From positions 2,108,001 to 2,172,000 of the forward strand of contig CM102283.1 of the NCBI GenBank assembly GCA_046563655.1: 64,000 nt of DNA, written 5' to 3'. A model generated the notes under the pieces. It searched no databases and had not been told where the DNA came from. It was given only the letters and a program-made list of their open reading frames with translations. The DNA comes from Yuukianura sp. NJ FZ-2021 (lineage: Eukaryota). Positions 11,101 to 25,700 of this stretch are shown here, in pieces (positions within the stretch are counted from its first letter, which is position 1; each line of letters begins with the position of its first letter). The position numbers were made by a program, and so were the translations under genes.

Positions 11101-14100
11101 TATTAAAAATTTCGAATTTTTAAATTCCTCACATTGACATTTGTTCATGTCAAATTTTTACCGTTTTGATGAAACTGTCAATAGAAATGGGCACGGGCAC
11201 TTGAAACCGCCGTTTGAAAAATGCAGAAAATCTTGAATCATAAAACGATTATTTCTTGTTTTCAAAAACAGAAATTTTTTGAGTACGTCGTTTCCTGTTT
11301 GCTGTTAAATTGATTTTTTGAAATGTAAAAATTTAATATTTTATGGTCCTCATCAATTTTTGTTGTCTCACATGCTGTTTCTCTTACATAATACTGGATT
11401 GGATTACAGTTGAATTGTTTTGATTAACCTTCAATGTTATGTCTATCTGCAACTAACAGCAGAATCTCTGGTAATTGATTACTCGCCTGGAGCTGCGTAC
11501 AACGCATAAAAAAATTTCTCTGCGCATAACTCGAAAAAAAATGGTTGCTTTTTATTATGATTAAAATTTACACTTTGACTATAACAACTAGAAACACACT
11601 GGGCAATTTAAAATTTGCTGCTCTCTGTAACACTCCAATTGTACACAGACTTAAAAAAATTTATGCAAATAACCAGATTTTCAACTTTTTTCAATTTTGA
11701 AAGCAATTTCGTATACTTTTTTAGAAAATTTAAAAGTGTTTTGAACAGGGACACAACCAATGTTAGAAGAAAATCAAAACACACCAAAAAGTTACTTTTT
11801 AAAACAAAGTTTTTACTCTAGTGCTTTGAGAAAATTTGTTTTGTGGATTTGAAAAAAAGTTGGACTGGAATGTACCCGAGTAAATGAAAACAAATTTTCG
11901 AAACTGATACGATGAGTTTTTAGTTTTATTTTTTTTTAAGAATGTGCTCTACCTGATAATTACTGTTCAAAATCTTTTTTGTTTTCAAATTTTTTCATTG
12001 TTATCTACACCTGCTGAGACTTCAACTGTTTTTAAGGTACATCGTACGATGTAAAATCTAACTTTAGAAAAACGTTTTAAAATTTTTTTGTGGTTGTGAT
12101 TTGTGAAGGATCCAAATATTTTGAGAAGGTAAAGAAAAAGAGGCCTTGAAGGGCTCCCAACAATTTTTTTCAAATGGAGATGGGAGCCCTTCATTACGTT
12201 TTTGGTGAACGTGATTTGAAGCACTAAGGGCCCCCGGGCACTAACTCCCACACGGCCCCGACTTCTTTTTTTCTGTTTTCAAATTCCGATTTCTGTTGAA
12301 TTTGAACATTAAGTGCCCAGTACGCTTTAACAATTCATTTTTTGTGTTGTTGTTGTGGTGAGCCCTTAACTCTTTCAAATCGTGAGTGTACTAGGCGCCC
12401 ATAGTCAGGAGCCCTTGAAGTACTCACTCAGGTTATCTAGAATATGTTTCAAGTCACTTCCATTTTGTCCGGTAATCAACTTTTTATAAAGTGACAACGT
12501 AGTCTGATATGTTCAAATTTATGACGACCACTCGTGCGCAAAGAGGTCAAGTTTAAATTCCAAAGTTTGATCTTTGACTTAAACTGAATTTTTGAGTTTC
12601 ATTTGAGATGAACTTGCATAGATTATTGGAACTGGTCAAAATGGAGGTCAAAGTTTGACTTTTTGGTGAAGTGGAACAAATCAGCAGAAAATTTGAAAAG
12701 TTGAAGTAGAATTTGAGCTTTGACCTCTGATTTGGTTGAACTCATCTTGTGCTTTTAGGTTCTGATTTCATTGATATGAATATTTTATTGCGGAAAACGA
12801 AAAATTTATTGGCTGGTTTTCCTTCTTTTAAAAGTGTGGAAACTTAAGGAGTGCAAATTTTGAAGAAAAAAAAAATTTTGTGTGTGTACTTAATTTAATG
12901 AAGGATTTATGAAACCTTCAAATTTTTTAATTAATTATAACCCAAAATTTTTGAAAATTTGCATTTTCACGAAGTTTTCGGAAGAATATAGTTACTTGTA
13001 AGTATATGTTTCCTGAACTCATTTTCATTCCGACTTTTGTTTTTCACTTTTCACAATCCAGTTTTTTGAAGCCGGTTTAACTGTCTCATTAACGAAGGTT
13101 TAGAAATTTTGAAATTCCTCTTAAGCAAATAAAACAAGTTCATACATGTCGCTTGTCATACAATTCGGCCGCTTTGCTTGGGAGTTTTAAATTAATTGCT
13201 CCAATTAATTTTGCTAATTGAGAAAATGTTAAGGTCAGATTCTACCACGGTTGTAAATTTTTTAATTAAATACGCATGACCAAAATAATTAACAAGTTTC
13301 AATGTCAACCAGGTCAAATTGGATTTATTTGAGGCCACGTTTTAAGGAATTTAAACCAGCACAGTTGTAAACACAGTTGTAAAAAATCCTGTTTGAATTT
13401 CGTTTTCTGTATTTCTGTGTTTAAACTAAAATTTTGTACTAAAACATTTTTTGGCAAGATTTGCTTTGTAAAAATGCATGACCAAATAAGGCCAAAATTT
13501 ACAATTCGAACAAACCCTGTCCCAGTCTGTCACCACTCATGTATCCAATTGTCAAATGATTTGTCATTTCAAAGCTTTGTTCTAACGCAAACAAGTTTTC
13601 AAACAAAGTCAAACACTTTTTACAAAAAAAAAATCATAAAATTTGTGTGTTCATGAAAGTGCAAAATTGGCGCCATCTTGAAACCTGTCATGCAATGCGT
13701 TAAACCGAAACACTATAACACTAACAATAAAAAATGCAAGGAAAACCGTTTTAACGCAGGAGTTTTGTTTGTTTGAAAATGTTGGTTTATATTTCAATTT
13801 TTCTGGATTTTGGATAAAAAAATGTTTGTTGGTGGTCAAATTCTTGAACTTTCAAAATTTTGCAGGAGAAAACAATTCTGAGGCCGAGTGACGCTGGAAA
13901 TGCTGAGCACTGGAACCGGTAACAGCGTTTGTAGGAGCGGCATACCGCAGCCAATCGCAGACTTTCCTGAGCATTACATCCGGAATGAAGAAATTATACG
14001 ACCAAAACCACGACGGTAAAATCCCAAAAATTTTAAATTTTGAAAACATATGTATTCCTTAACTGTAGAGCTCAGCTGGTAAAGTAACGTTGACCTTTGA

Positions 14101-16752
14101 CCTCAAACATTTGTCATTTGTCATAAAATGTCATTGCCATTGCCAAAGTTCAAATGACCTCAAATTTTGGACGATCATTTGAACTTTCAAGTGTAGTGCA
14201 ACGACTTTGCATTGTTTCAAAATTTGAAAATGATGCTTTGTCATAAGTTGCTTGTTCCTCTTCCTTACATCTCTTAATTACTTCTACTAATTTTAATTAT
14301 GAGGCACTTGACACTTGAACAAAACCATTGTCTCACTTCTCACACCCCAAAAACAGTCTGCTCCTGGGTGTTCCTTCGGCTATGCGCAGAAGTCAATCTC
14401 ACATTTCACTTTTAAGTTATTCTGCGCACGTAGTAAAACCCATAAAGTCATCAAATTCCATCCATCCAAAACGAAAAACAAAACTGGCAGAAACTCACGA
14501 TCTAAATTTGAAAACAAATTAAGCCTGTCAGTTTTGCAAAACAATTTTTTTGCACATCAAGCTGTGCAGAAAAATCAAACTGGTAGTAATTTTTTTAATT
14601 TAGAACAAATCGCAATTCGACACAGTGTTGAAAACTAGAAAATCTGAAATGGTTTTAAAAATAATGGAACCTTTTATGAAATTTTAGAATTTAATTGTTT
14701 TTTTATATATATAAAACAAATTAGAATATAAAAATTTGTAGCATAAAAACAATTTTCCTTCTTTTCAACATAGTTTCTAGAAAAAAAATGTCATTTTGGC
14801 ACAGACTGTAGTACTTTGGGAATTTTTTTTGTCTAAAACTACAAAATTGGCACAAAATTTCAAAATTTTGGACTGTTCGGAGAATTATGAAGCCTCCATC
14901 GTGTGGACTATAAGCTCTGGAGCTGACTCTCGGGATGATAAATTAATGGATGAGGAGGAGCAGTGTTAATAATTTATTGATCTCCGTAGTTATTAGCGTC
15001 ACTTCCCAACTCAAAATTCCCGCAAAACTGAGCGTCCATTAGCCTCCCAGCACAAAGCACAAAGTTTTGCACGCATGGCGTGATAATTACTAAACTTCAT
15101 AATTAAGCGGAAGAACAACACTTCCACTAACGCAGTTAACTTCCACATGTACAGTCTATTTCGTTTTAAAATGTTTCGTTTGGGGGTGGAGCCTAACTGC
15201 TACTCAGATGCTGTCTAAGCTCCACCCACTGGATGCAAATTTTAAAAAACCAGACTATAGTTGCACAGATTCGCGTGTTTTGAAAATTTAAAGTGATGCT
15301 TCTGGGATAATCTGAAGATTCCAATCTAAAAGGATGTTTTAGAGTTCATGCTCATGAGAAATATTTTAGACCGGAATTAATTGCAGTTTTCACACTTGAG
15401 AGAATTTCAAAAAAAAAGGAGAAAAAAAAAACAAAGAATTTTTCATTTCAAAGGTGTGAAAAATCGCTGATTTTTACGAACTCCTGCCCAGGAGGATCCA
15501 ATTTTCAACTTTAATTGTCTTCTCGCACTTTCGTTTTTTTTTTTCGTTTCGAAAATTGGCAAAACGCGTTTCGGTTTTCACACCTTTTGTGTCCATCATA
15601 ATTGCGCGTGTTGGTGAGAAAATATTTATTTTCTGAGCATGCGCAACCGTCTGATGAGAATTTTAATTTTACGAGATCCTAATCTCTTCATTTTGAAACT
15701 TTGAACTTCAAATTTTGAATTTTGATTTCAAGGAATGCCTGACAAAGAACAAATTTTGGAAACTAAGCAAAAGTGTTAACACAAAATTGAAGAAACACAC
15801 AGGAAGTTGGGCATTTTTGTGAAAAAGTCAACACGATTATTTTTCATTGTTTTGTAAAAAAAACCCGGATGGCGAATTCTTTGCACTTTTTTCTGCATTG
15901 CAAAAATTCGCATAAAGTTTGATTTTACAGTTGTGGTCTCAGATAGTCAATGACAATGTAAAAAAAACGTCAAAAACTGTACAAAACAGGCATGTGCAGA
16001 AGATGATCCAATGATTACACACTTCAATCTCACTTGTTAATCAAAATTTTTGCAAGTGACAACATCATGGTTTACAAGATTCGAGAATTTGCAAATTTGC
16101 AAATTTTTTGTATTTTTTGTGGCAAATTGAAATGAGGCAGAAAGAGTTATGCAGTTGAAAACTTTTTTTTGCGAGTTTTTATTTTTTGAAAAATTTGACC
16201 GGTATTTTTTTTTTTCGTTTCGCCGCAGGTTAAGTGGCCTTAAGTGGTCCAATTTAGTCTCTTGTTTTTACTCAAAATGGACAGGTAAAAATTGCAAAAG
16301 TTGAAAAGTTTTTGGTCGTTGAAAGAATTAATTAAAGAAAAAAAGTTGAATTTTTTGAATCATGAGCCTACTGCTGCTCTTCTTTGGTCATTATCACTTC
16401 ACCCATTTCCAAAAGACAATCAATCTTTATAGGAAATCTTTCAAAAGTCTCTTGCGAACGACATGTAATTTGCGATGATGGTACATGAAAATCTTGACAT
16501 TTTGAAAAAAAAAATTCAAAAAAAGTTTTTTTGAAAAAGATGAAACACGTTTAACCGGTATATCAATGGGGAGATTCCTTCCTGGCGCTATTAATTTCCT
16601 TTGCTAAATTGACATCGAAATGATACACGTCCTAAACAGTGTACAATTATCTCCAATTCTTCAAATCTTTTTAATGGTTCCTTTCATTCACAACGTTTCA
16701 AAAAAAAACTTTATGAACTTTTTTGAATTTTTGTAATTTCAGGTTGGTTGAA

Positions 16753-19700
16753 ATGAGGCGGGTTGGTGTTGGGAACGAGTACACTACTGGCCCTCCCGGA
16801 CCAGCCCAGAATCAAATGCCTTTCCAGCACACCGTTCCAGTTTCAAACAAAAGCCCGCCAGTATTGCCAGTAAAACCCACGGCCCACCTTCAGCTTAAGC
16901 CCCTCCCACCGATTTCTGCCCCGCCAAATTCAAATTTTCAGTATTTGAAGAGGACTGGAGTGCCCCCGATGACCTCCCCGCAAGGTCACGGTGGAGGTAC
17001 ACCATTGGGACAGTATCACAACTCAGCGGCAGTTATGCTCAACGTGTCCCGTCAAGGCGGGTCAGGCCCGCCCCAACAAAATTTCCCGCCAAATTCAAAT
17101 TGTGCCCCGCCAAATTCAAATTTCGCTCAACGCTCCGCCCCCAGCTTGCCCCACGTGACTGACCAACGTCGTCGGTTTCTGTCTCCGCAGCCATCGGACA
17201 TGAATGCTGGCTACATCGCGGCGCTACGACGAGCAGCTAATAATTCAAGTTGTAGTGGCCCACACTATGAATCAGTGACCCCACCAGAGGTCAAGGTCAT
17301 TCCTCCCAGGTCAAGGTCCACCGGGGTTCACGGGGACTGGAAAAGTGTGGAAAATCTGCCTCAAACGTTCAGTACTCCGCCGGTTCGTACGGCCCAGCCA
17401 TCCCTCGGATCTCCTCTGAAGAATAGCAGCTGTAGGACTCAAAATTTTAGTCCGGGAGTTGCAAATTCGAATTTTTCCAATTCAAATTTTTCAAATTCAA
17501 ATTTCCCGCCAGCTACAAATAGTAGCAAAGTGATGCCTGGATACCAATTGGGGAGCATGAGCAGTGAGGACTTAAGGATTGACCAAGGTCAATATGTAGA
17601 ATATGACCGCATTCGTACCCCGCCCCCAAATTGTACTTATCAAAATCACGTAGTCAATTCTCCCGTTGTCCAAGTTCCCACCCTTACACCTTCTAGAACG
17701 TACGGAGACGAAATTGTTTCAAACCGAAACTTTCCGGTATCGGCCGAGTTCGGTAAAAAACACGAATCGTCGGAATTCGTCGAAGAGCAACCGGAACAAG
17801 ACAAAAAACAGGGAGTTGACGACATCAAAAACCCAGGTACGTAAAAATTCAAAAAAAAAAAATTTAACCGCCAAAATTTTTTTATTTCGCAGATTTTTGT
17901 TCTACTATCGTTTTTTTTTCCCTTAAGTCCCGAGGTAAAAGTTTTTCTAAAGTTTTTCTGCCAAAAACTACTGTTACATGAAACTTTTTTTTTTGAAAAC
18001 GTGACATCAAAAAGTTTGACATTTGCTGGAGGTCAGCCAGTATAGAGGTCACTTATAAATCATTTTGGAACAAAACACCTACAGAGTGGACTTGACATTT
18101 GTACTAAATCTATGAAACTCATGTTTCATGCTTCGTAGAACCCTCCGTTCAGTTTGTTCTTTCCAGCGTGATTTATTGGATTAAAACAAATGGACAATTT
18201 ATGGACTCAGAAAAAGTCTCAAACCTGGGCTAGTTAGGAACCCAACGGTATTTCCGTAGAATCCTAAAAAATGGTACGCTTTACGGTATTTTTGTTCCAT
18301 TTTAGGCTCAAGGTCACTCTCCGGGTCAAAGGTCATTGAAGAATTCTCCGTTCCGACTCCCGTGCCGTCGAAATTGAAGTCGCGACGTCGCAATATCTTG
18401 CAGCACTTAAGTCTAGAGGAGATGAGAGCCCTTGGGAGTGGCGAAGGTCACGTTGATTTGGGGTCAAACAATACGGGTACTGGAGGGTCATCGTCTTCTG
18501 AAGCATCTTCGGGCCATGCAAGCATGAGTGACAGTCAGACGAGTGGATCTCCACCGGCACCAGCAGACTACTCAAAATTGAATCCAACGCCTCTAGTGGC
18601 CAATTTCAAATCGGTTCTCAAATCGGTACCGGAAGACGAAACCGGTTCTAGAACTTTTACGGTACAAGATAACGACGGTATCCTGAGTCATGGAGACTCA
18701 GGTCATAGGTCGTCGCTGGGATCATCTCAAAGTGGCGGGAAAATCAAAAGCTCAAAATCCAGACATCATCGGAACGATAAGGTAAAAAAACGTTTTCACA
18801 AAAACGAAGTTTTTCGAAAAATTTTTAGTAATTTTGTCTAAAACTTTAAAAATTTCACCAATTTCATTTCATTTCAAAAATATAAACATCAAAACGTTTT
18901 TATAAAAACGAAAATGATTTCATATCAAGAATTCCGCAAAAAGAAGTTTCCGAACTGTTTTTTGTTTAAACACCTAGAAAGAAGCTTTCGAACTGTTTTT
19001 TGTTTAACCACTTAGAAAAAAAAACTTTTGAAATCTTTTTTTTTTCCCGTGGCTTGAAACTTGGTGTAAAAATTTTCAAATTTCGAAATTTGAAACAAGG
19101 TTATTAATGAAAGGCTGCCACTTTTGAAAATGTTTATTCAGAACACGCACGTTTTTTAAGGATATAAATTAAAACGGAAGTAGACGAGACTGCTTGTTTA
19201 GTTTCCATATTTGGTAGGGATATATTTATTAGGCGGATTTACGGTAAAAACAAAAGTTTTAGAAAAAAAGTTAAGTGGCTCAAATTATGATTATTTCTTA
19301 CCATTTACAATGGTAGTTTTGGTTTTTGAAATTTTGGACTTCTTACCGTAAATGTGCTCGTTTACTTTAATTTCTTATTTCCATTTTAGGACTGTTTGCT
19401 TCTGGGCAGCGGAAGTTCTGGACTAGAAGATATAAAACAAGCAATTGAGCAGTTGACCTTGAGGTCATACAACTCAGGAAGTAGCAGTGTCCATTCCGTA
19501 ATAGGCGAAGGGAGGGGTACTTTGGGGGTCAAAGGTCAAGGACCCCCCAAGGGTGACCATCACTCGTCATACTCCACGTCAACATACTCGTCCATGAGTG
19601 GAAGTGAGTGTGAGCGGCAACAGCGCAGGACGCATCACCTTCTACGACACTCCAGCTTGGAAACGATCAACACACAGGTTGGTTTTGCACAAATTGCCAA

Positions 19701-22700
19701 ATTCTTGTCACCTTTTTCAAAATTTTGAAATGTTGGTCCGAATTTGTGAATTTTTAGGTCACTACGGCCGACGAATTTGTGTGGGTGGACTCTCATAATC
19801 GATTGGTCGAGCTCCAGAACTTCCCGTGGTCAAATCACGACATTCTCAAGGTCATTGAACGCAGCAGTCGCTTGAAGGACAACTTAGAACAAATTTCGAT
19901 GGAAAACGTACCGCGAATTTCGTATTTGCTGCAGCGTGCTCTTGTTCGAATTGCCCGCGAAGCTCAGCGATTGGCCAAACCTTTCGGATTTTGCACAAAA
20001 CAGGAAATTTCTTCTGCTTTTCGTATTGTCCTCTCTCCTTCCATGGCTGACTCGTGTGTCAAAGTATGAACTTTTGATTTCTAAAACAGTTTTTTTCAAA
20101 AACTTGATGTTTTTTCCGAAAATTTTGAAAATCTTGTTTTTCTAGGCCTGCCTACGAGCTTCTGCAATGTTCTCCGTTTCAACAAACGAACCATTGCATC
20201 GTGAATCCAAATCAGTTCGGGCAGGCGTCACTCTGCATGTTGGCAAATTCCAGAAGTGGATGGTCGAAGTACGACTGGGACGCTACGTGCATGAATTTGC
20301 GGCAATTCATTTGGCGGCAGGAATTGAAAATTTGATTGAAGAAATTTTGAGTCAAGCGTTGACTTTCATAACAACTGGAAATCACTCCATTTTAACGGCC
20401 GCGTTACTCGAAAAAGCGATTGCAAGCAATGGTGATTTGTGGGGACTTCTGCAACCTTTTGCTCATTTGAATGCTGGAAGAACTGCTTCTGGTAAGTTTC
20501 AAAAAATCAAACACAAAAGTTAAAACTTTTTTTTTACATTTCCAAATTTTGAAATTTTCAAATCAGGTGCTCTGGCTCTCCCTCGTTGGGCAAGTATGGC
20601 AAGCGTGGATTCATCTGAAAGTAGCAGCACAATTCAGTACAACAAAACCTTAGAACAATCAATCCTCACTACTTGTGTTGGGTCAATTGGTAAGTTTCAA
20701 AATTTTGAAAATTGGAAAATTTTGAAATCAATCATTCAAAAACTTTTTGATCTTTACTTTGATTTCTTGAATTTTAAACTTTTTCCAGCCGAACTGTCTG
20801 AAATTTTAAACAAAGTTTCATACTACCATTCAAAACAAGCGCCAGTGTCAAACGGAAGTAAAATTTCGTTACTTACTTGGTCGAGTGCAGCAATTCAGAC
20901 TTTGTTCTACTTCATGCGTTGCTCTCAACTTGAAAGTGACGACGAAGTGACCACAAACTCCCTCGCTTCATCAACTGCTACGCTTGGAGAAGCGCAAGAA
21001 CGACAGTCTGCGCATCACTCACCCGACTCTACCCGGACCAATCCCATTCAAGAACTAGTTTACGAACGACCATTCGTCGTTTTACCGCCACTAATCGAAT
21101 GGGTACGCGTTGCTTCTGCGCATACTGAACACCGTCACTCCTCCCTCATCGACCGTGATGACGTCATGCAAGCAGCTAGGCTCCTCCTCCCGGGAATTGA
21201 CTGTCCCGTGCGTCTTGTTGGCTATGACGAATTCCCTTTCCCGCCAAAACCAGTTGACGAATTTGAATTAAACCGAAGACTAAAAGTGGATCTTGGATTT
21301 AAAATTCTAGCAGCGGGAAGACCAGATCTCATTGCACAGGCTCTGCTGCTCATGCCCCCTTCTAAGGCTAATACGTTCAATGAAAGTGGATTGTCACCGT
21401 TGATTTTAGCGTGCTTAAGAGGGGAGGAGCCTATGGTACGTCAGCTGATCGAGGCTGGAGCCAATCCTGACGCTGAAACGCCAGCGAACAGTCAAAATCA
21501 CCCGATTGCGAACAACGAGCTTCAACATTGGACGGCACTAACGTTTGCAGCGCTAGTTGGAAACGCGTCAATCGTCAAGGTATGATTTTTTGCGGTTCCA
21601 TGCCATTGCTCCGAATGAATTTCTCCGAAACAAATTTGTCCGAATGGCATATTGCTCAGAAAATAGTTAATTCAATTTCGGAGCAACTTGTCTTTCGGGC
21701 CAATTGGTTTCGGAGGAATTCATTCGGAGTAATTCGCTTCGGAGAATTTTTTTTCGCAACAATGGCATTCTACCATTCCTTGTGAGTTCTTGACAGCTTC
21801 TGCACAAAATTTTTAACGTATCACGACAATAACTTTTGGTATCAAGTATTTCAACAGACGATTTTCTCTTCGTAGCTCCTATTGGACCGTGGCGGAAACG
21901 TTGAAGGAGGAGCCAAGTTAAGTGAAGAAAAATCTACACAGACGCCGTTACAAGTTGCCGCTGCAACCGGAAACTTAGAAGTAATTTCAATTCTGCTCAA
22001 CTACGGTGCAAGTCCGTTCTTGTCTACGCTTGTCCGAGACTCACTGTGTTACATGGGCTCTGCATCACGCGGTTCGTTCAGTGCCATTAGCGTTGCTGCT
22101 GCCCATGGGCAACGAGCTGTTTTGCACAAGCTATTGTCTCATCCACTCCATTCTTCGCCAGCATCCAAAGATGTGCTGTCTTTAGAAGAAATACTGGCCG
22201 AAGGAGCCCCAGTTCAAATTCAAAATTCTCGTGGCGGGAACAATTCAGCCCAAAATGGACGGCTAATGCAAGATCCCAAGCTGCTTACCAAGTCACAGAT
22301 GAAAGTGCTTCAGGAAGCGATGTACCAAAGTGCTGAAAATGGACATTTGGAAATAACGCTGGATTTCCGAACGCTTGGAATTCCTTGGACATTACATTGC
22401 TGGGTCAACGCTTTGTCGACTGCACATGACATGCGTTGTGACCCTGTCATTGGTCAACTCTTGCAGACATTTCAGCAAATCCTACCAAACGAAGACTTTA
22501 CACAGACGCAGTTCGTGGAAGAGTGCTTACCGTTACTGTTCACAATTTTCAGAAACAGCAAACCAAAGGTAGGTCAAAATTTAGCTACTTTAGAAAAATT
22601 GTAAAACTTTACACTTAACAAATTTGAATTTCTTTGAAATTTTGATGTTTTAAATTCTAATTTTTTCGCGTTTTTTTTCCAGAACGAGTCCATGCTCCTG

Positions 22701-25700
22701 ATAGCTGACATTCTACAAACTTGCTACGGAAGAGAACCAATCAAAGAAATTCGTGATACGACACTGTCGAACGGAACCCGAATCGATCCGAAGTATGTGA
22801 ACAATCCGGAACTGTCCGACGTTCAGTTCCGAGTCGAAGGGAAAGTGTTCTACGCTCACAAAATTGTGCTTGTGACGTCATCACCTAGGTTCAAAACTAT
22901 GCTTAAAAGTGCTGCCTCTGATTCAAACCCACCCGTCATTCAAATCAACGATACTCGCTACCATATTTTCCAGGTAAATTTTGGAAAATTTATATCAAAA
23001 TTTTGTAAAATGAACTTTTTCTAAGCCATGCTTTTGCTTGTACGTAGATGCTAATGGAGTACCTGTACAACGGCGGTTGTGACCTTCTTCGCATGACTGA
23101 GCTTGAAGATCTTCTGGAACTGATGGCCGCTGCCAATTTTTTTCAATTGGACGGATTGCTAAGATTTTGTGAAACAAAATGTTCACATTTTGTCAACGCC
23201 GAGTCGATTGTGACACTCTACATTCATGCGAAGGTTAGAGTAAAAGTATTATATATTATAATTAATCTGTGTTAGGTAGACATGCGTAAAGATGTTTGTG
23301 AAAAACATTGAAATCCGGAATCTCTGTATTACCACTCAACGTCTTCAGCGATTTAAGGTTCTGCGGAACCTTAAATCTGTGTGAATTCCTAGTGGTAACC
23401 CATGTACATAATGCAATTTCTCAAATTAAAGTGAGTAGTAGTAAGCACAAAGCATGAACTTGCCAGTCACATTTTCACCATCCTAAACACTAGGTTCAAA
23501 CTGTCTTAGGCCTCACATTCGCCGTTTACTTTAAATTCGTCTCATAATCTATTAAAGAACAGGCATTCAACCTCAGAAATATTTTCACTGAGGGAAATTA
23601 AGAGAAATTTTGATTTCAATGAAATTTTGTCTTCAGTGAAAATATTTTTGAGGTTGAATTTCTGTTCTTTATTAAGATAGCGAAGCTGTCTTTATGTTCG
23701 GATTGATGTCTGTCTGTCTGTCTGTCTGTCTGGGTAACCCATTTATCTCGGAAACTACTGGACAGATTTCATTCCGGTTTTCACCAATCAACATCTCATG
23801 AACCGGACATGATCACTATTGAATATAATCCCGGTGGCTCAACTCCATCCGGGTCAAAGGTCAAGGTCAACCGGTTTTACCCCCGGTAACCTGCAAAATG
23901 ACCTCTACAAAAGTTGTTAATCTCGTCGAGACGAACAACTCTTGTGTACATCACATGACCCCATGTGGGAAAACAGTATTGGTAAGCCTCCAGTGGATAA
24001 GGAGGCACCATGGTCCGGTGGTCACACCGGCTACCTTACTTTTTCCTACCCCGCACCCAAGTGACCTCCTTCTGGGTCAAAGGTCAACTTTTTTCCATTT
24101 TAGCGTCCTGTTAGCGGGGAAGTGGGGGGAACACACGCCCACAAAGCCATGAGAACCCACCCCCACACCACCGGGGGACCCACCCCTACACCCCGGGGAA
24201 CCCAGCACCACACACCCGGGGGAACCTACTCCTAATCTCCGGGGGGAACCCACCGCCACACCCCGGGGGAACCCACCTCCAACACCTCATCGCTGAGCTA
24301 TCTTGATTACATGCGGTTTACAACCGGTTTATTAGATTATGAGATGAATCTCAAGTCAATGAGGAATCTGAATAACCATGAGACCTCTCCCATTAAAAAA
24401 CAACGATTTGAACCTAGTGTTTACGATGGTCAAAATGTGGTTGAAAAGTTCCTACTTTGTGATACTACTATTCACTTTAACTTTAAAAGTAGATATTTAA
24501 TGGAAGGTCTCGTGCTTATTCAATTTCAATGTTGACTTTAGATTTGTCTCATAATCTATTTAAGAACAGAAATCCAAGCATAGAAATAATTTCACTGAAG
24601 ACAAAATTTCATCGAAATCGAAATTTCTCTTCAGTGAAAATATATCAGAAGTTGAATTTCTGTTTTTTAATGGATTATGAGGCGAAACTCAAGTCAATGA
24701 CGAATCTGAATAAGCACGAGACCTTCGTTTAAATACCTAGTTTTAAATGCACAACTTAAGAGCAGCTTAAGAACCACATAAATATTTCCACTGAAGACCA
24801 AATTCAAATTTTTCGTTCAGTGAAAACATTTCTGAGGTTGAATTCCTGTTCTTTAATAGATCATGAGACGAATTTAAAGTCAACATCAAATATGAGTAAG
24901 CACGAGGCCTTCTGGACTAAAAAAAATTTGAACCTTGTGTAGGGGATGGACTTAATGAGACTGACAATTTCCCATTTAATTTGAGCTATTATATTAGCAC
25001 CCTGTACATAACGTTCAAAACTTTTTCTGCTCAGAATGTCTCGACCTTACTCAATTTCGAAGTTGAATTTAAATTCCTCTCATAATCCATTAAAGAACAG
25101 AAATTCAACTTCTGATATATTTTCACTGAAGAGAAATTTCGATTTCGATGAAATTTTGTCTTCAGTGAAATAATTTATTTGGTTGAATTTCTGTTCTTTA
25201 TTAGATTATGAGACGAAACTCAAGTCAACATCGAAATTGAATAAGCACGAGACCTTCCTTTAAATATCTACTTTTAAAGTTACAGTGAGTAGTACCACAA
25301 AAGTAGGAACAGGTAGTATCACAAAGTAGGAACTTTTCAACCAAATTTTGACCATCGTAAACACTAGGTTCAAATCGTTGTTTTTTAAAGGGAGGGGTCT
25401 CATGGTTATTCAGATTCTGCGTTGACTTGAGATTCCTCTCATAATCTATTAAAGAACAGGAATTCAAACTCAGAAATATTTTCAGTGAAGACAAAATTTC
25501 ATCGAAGTCGAAATTTCTCTTCAGTGAAAAAATTTATGAGGTTGAATTTCTGTTGTTTAATAGATTATGAGACAAATCTAAAGTCAACGGCGAATCTGAG
25601 TAGGCACGAGGCCGTCAATTAAAAACCTATCTTGCAATTTGAACCTAGTGTTTAGGATGGTCAAAATGTGACTGAAAAGTTCCTACTGTGTTCTCTACTA

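Noticed and set aside
15150..15259. Small imperfect palindrome (ggtggagc...gctccacc), possible mini-MITE or pre-miRNA
   Set aside because: The arms are too mismatched to classify from sequence alone.
9500..16700. Short ORFs in the AT-rich region upstream of ABTB
   Set aside because: Low-complexity K/F/N-rich translations typical of non-coding DNA; probably 5' introns or regulatory DNA.
24311..25494. ORFs 24311+, 24529+ and 25225- with near-identical translations
   Set aside because: By-products of the inverted repeat; no coding signature.
23540..25572. Palindromic repeats separated by spacers, superficially CRISPR-like
   Set aside because: Units are ~135 bp, the spacers are copies of one another, the context is a eukaryotic intron and there are no cas genes.
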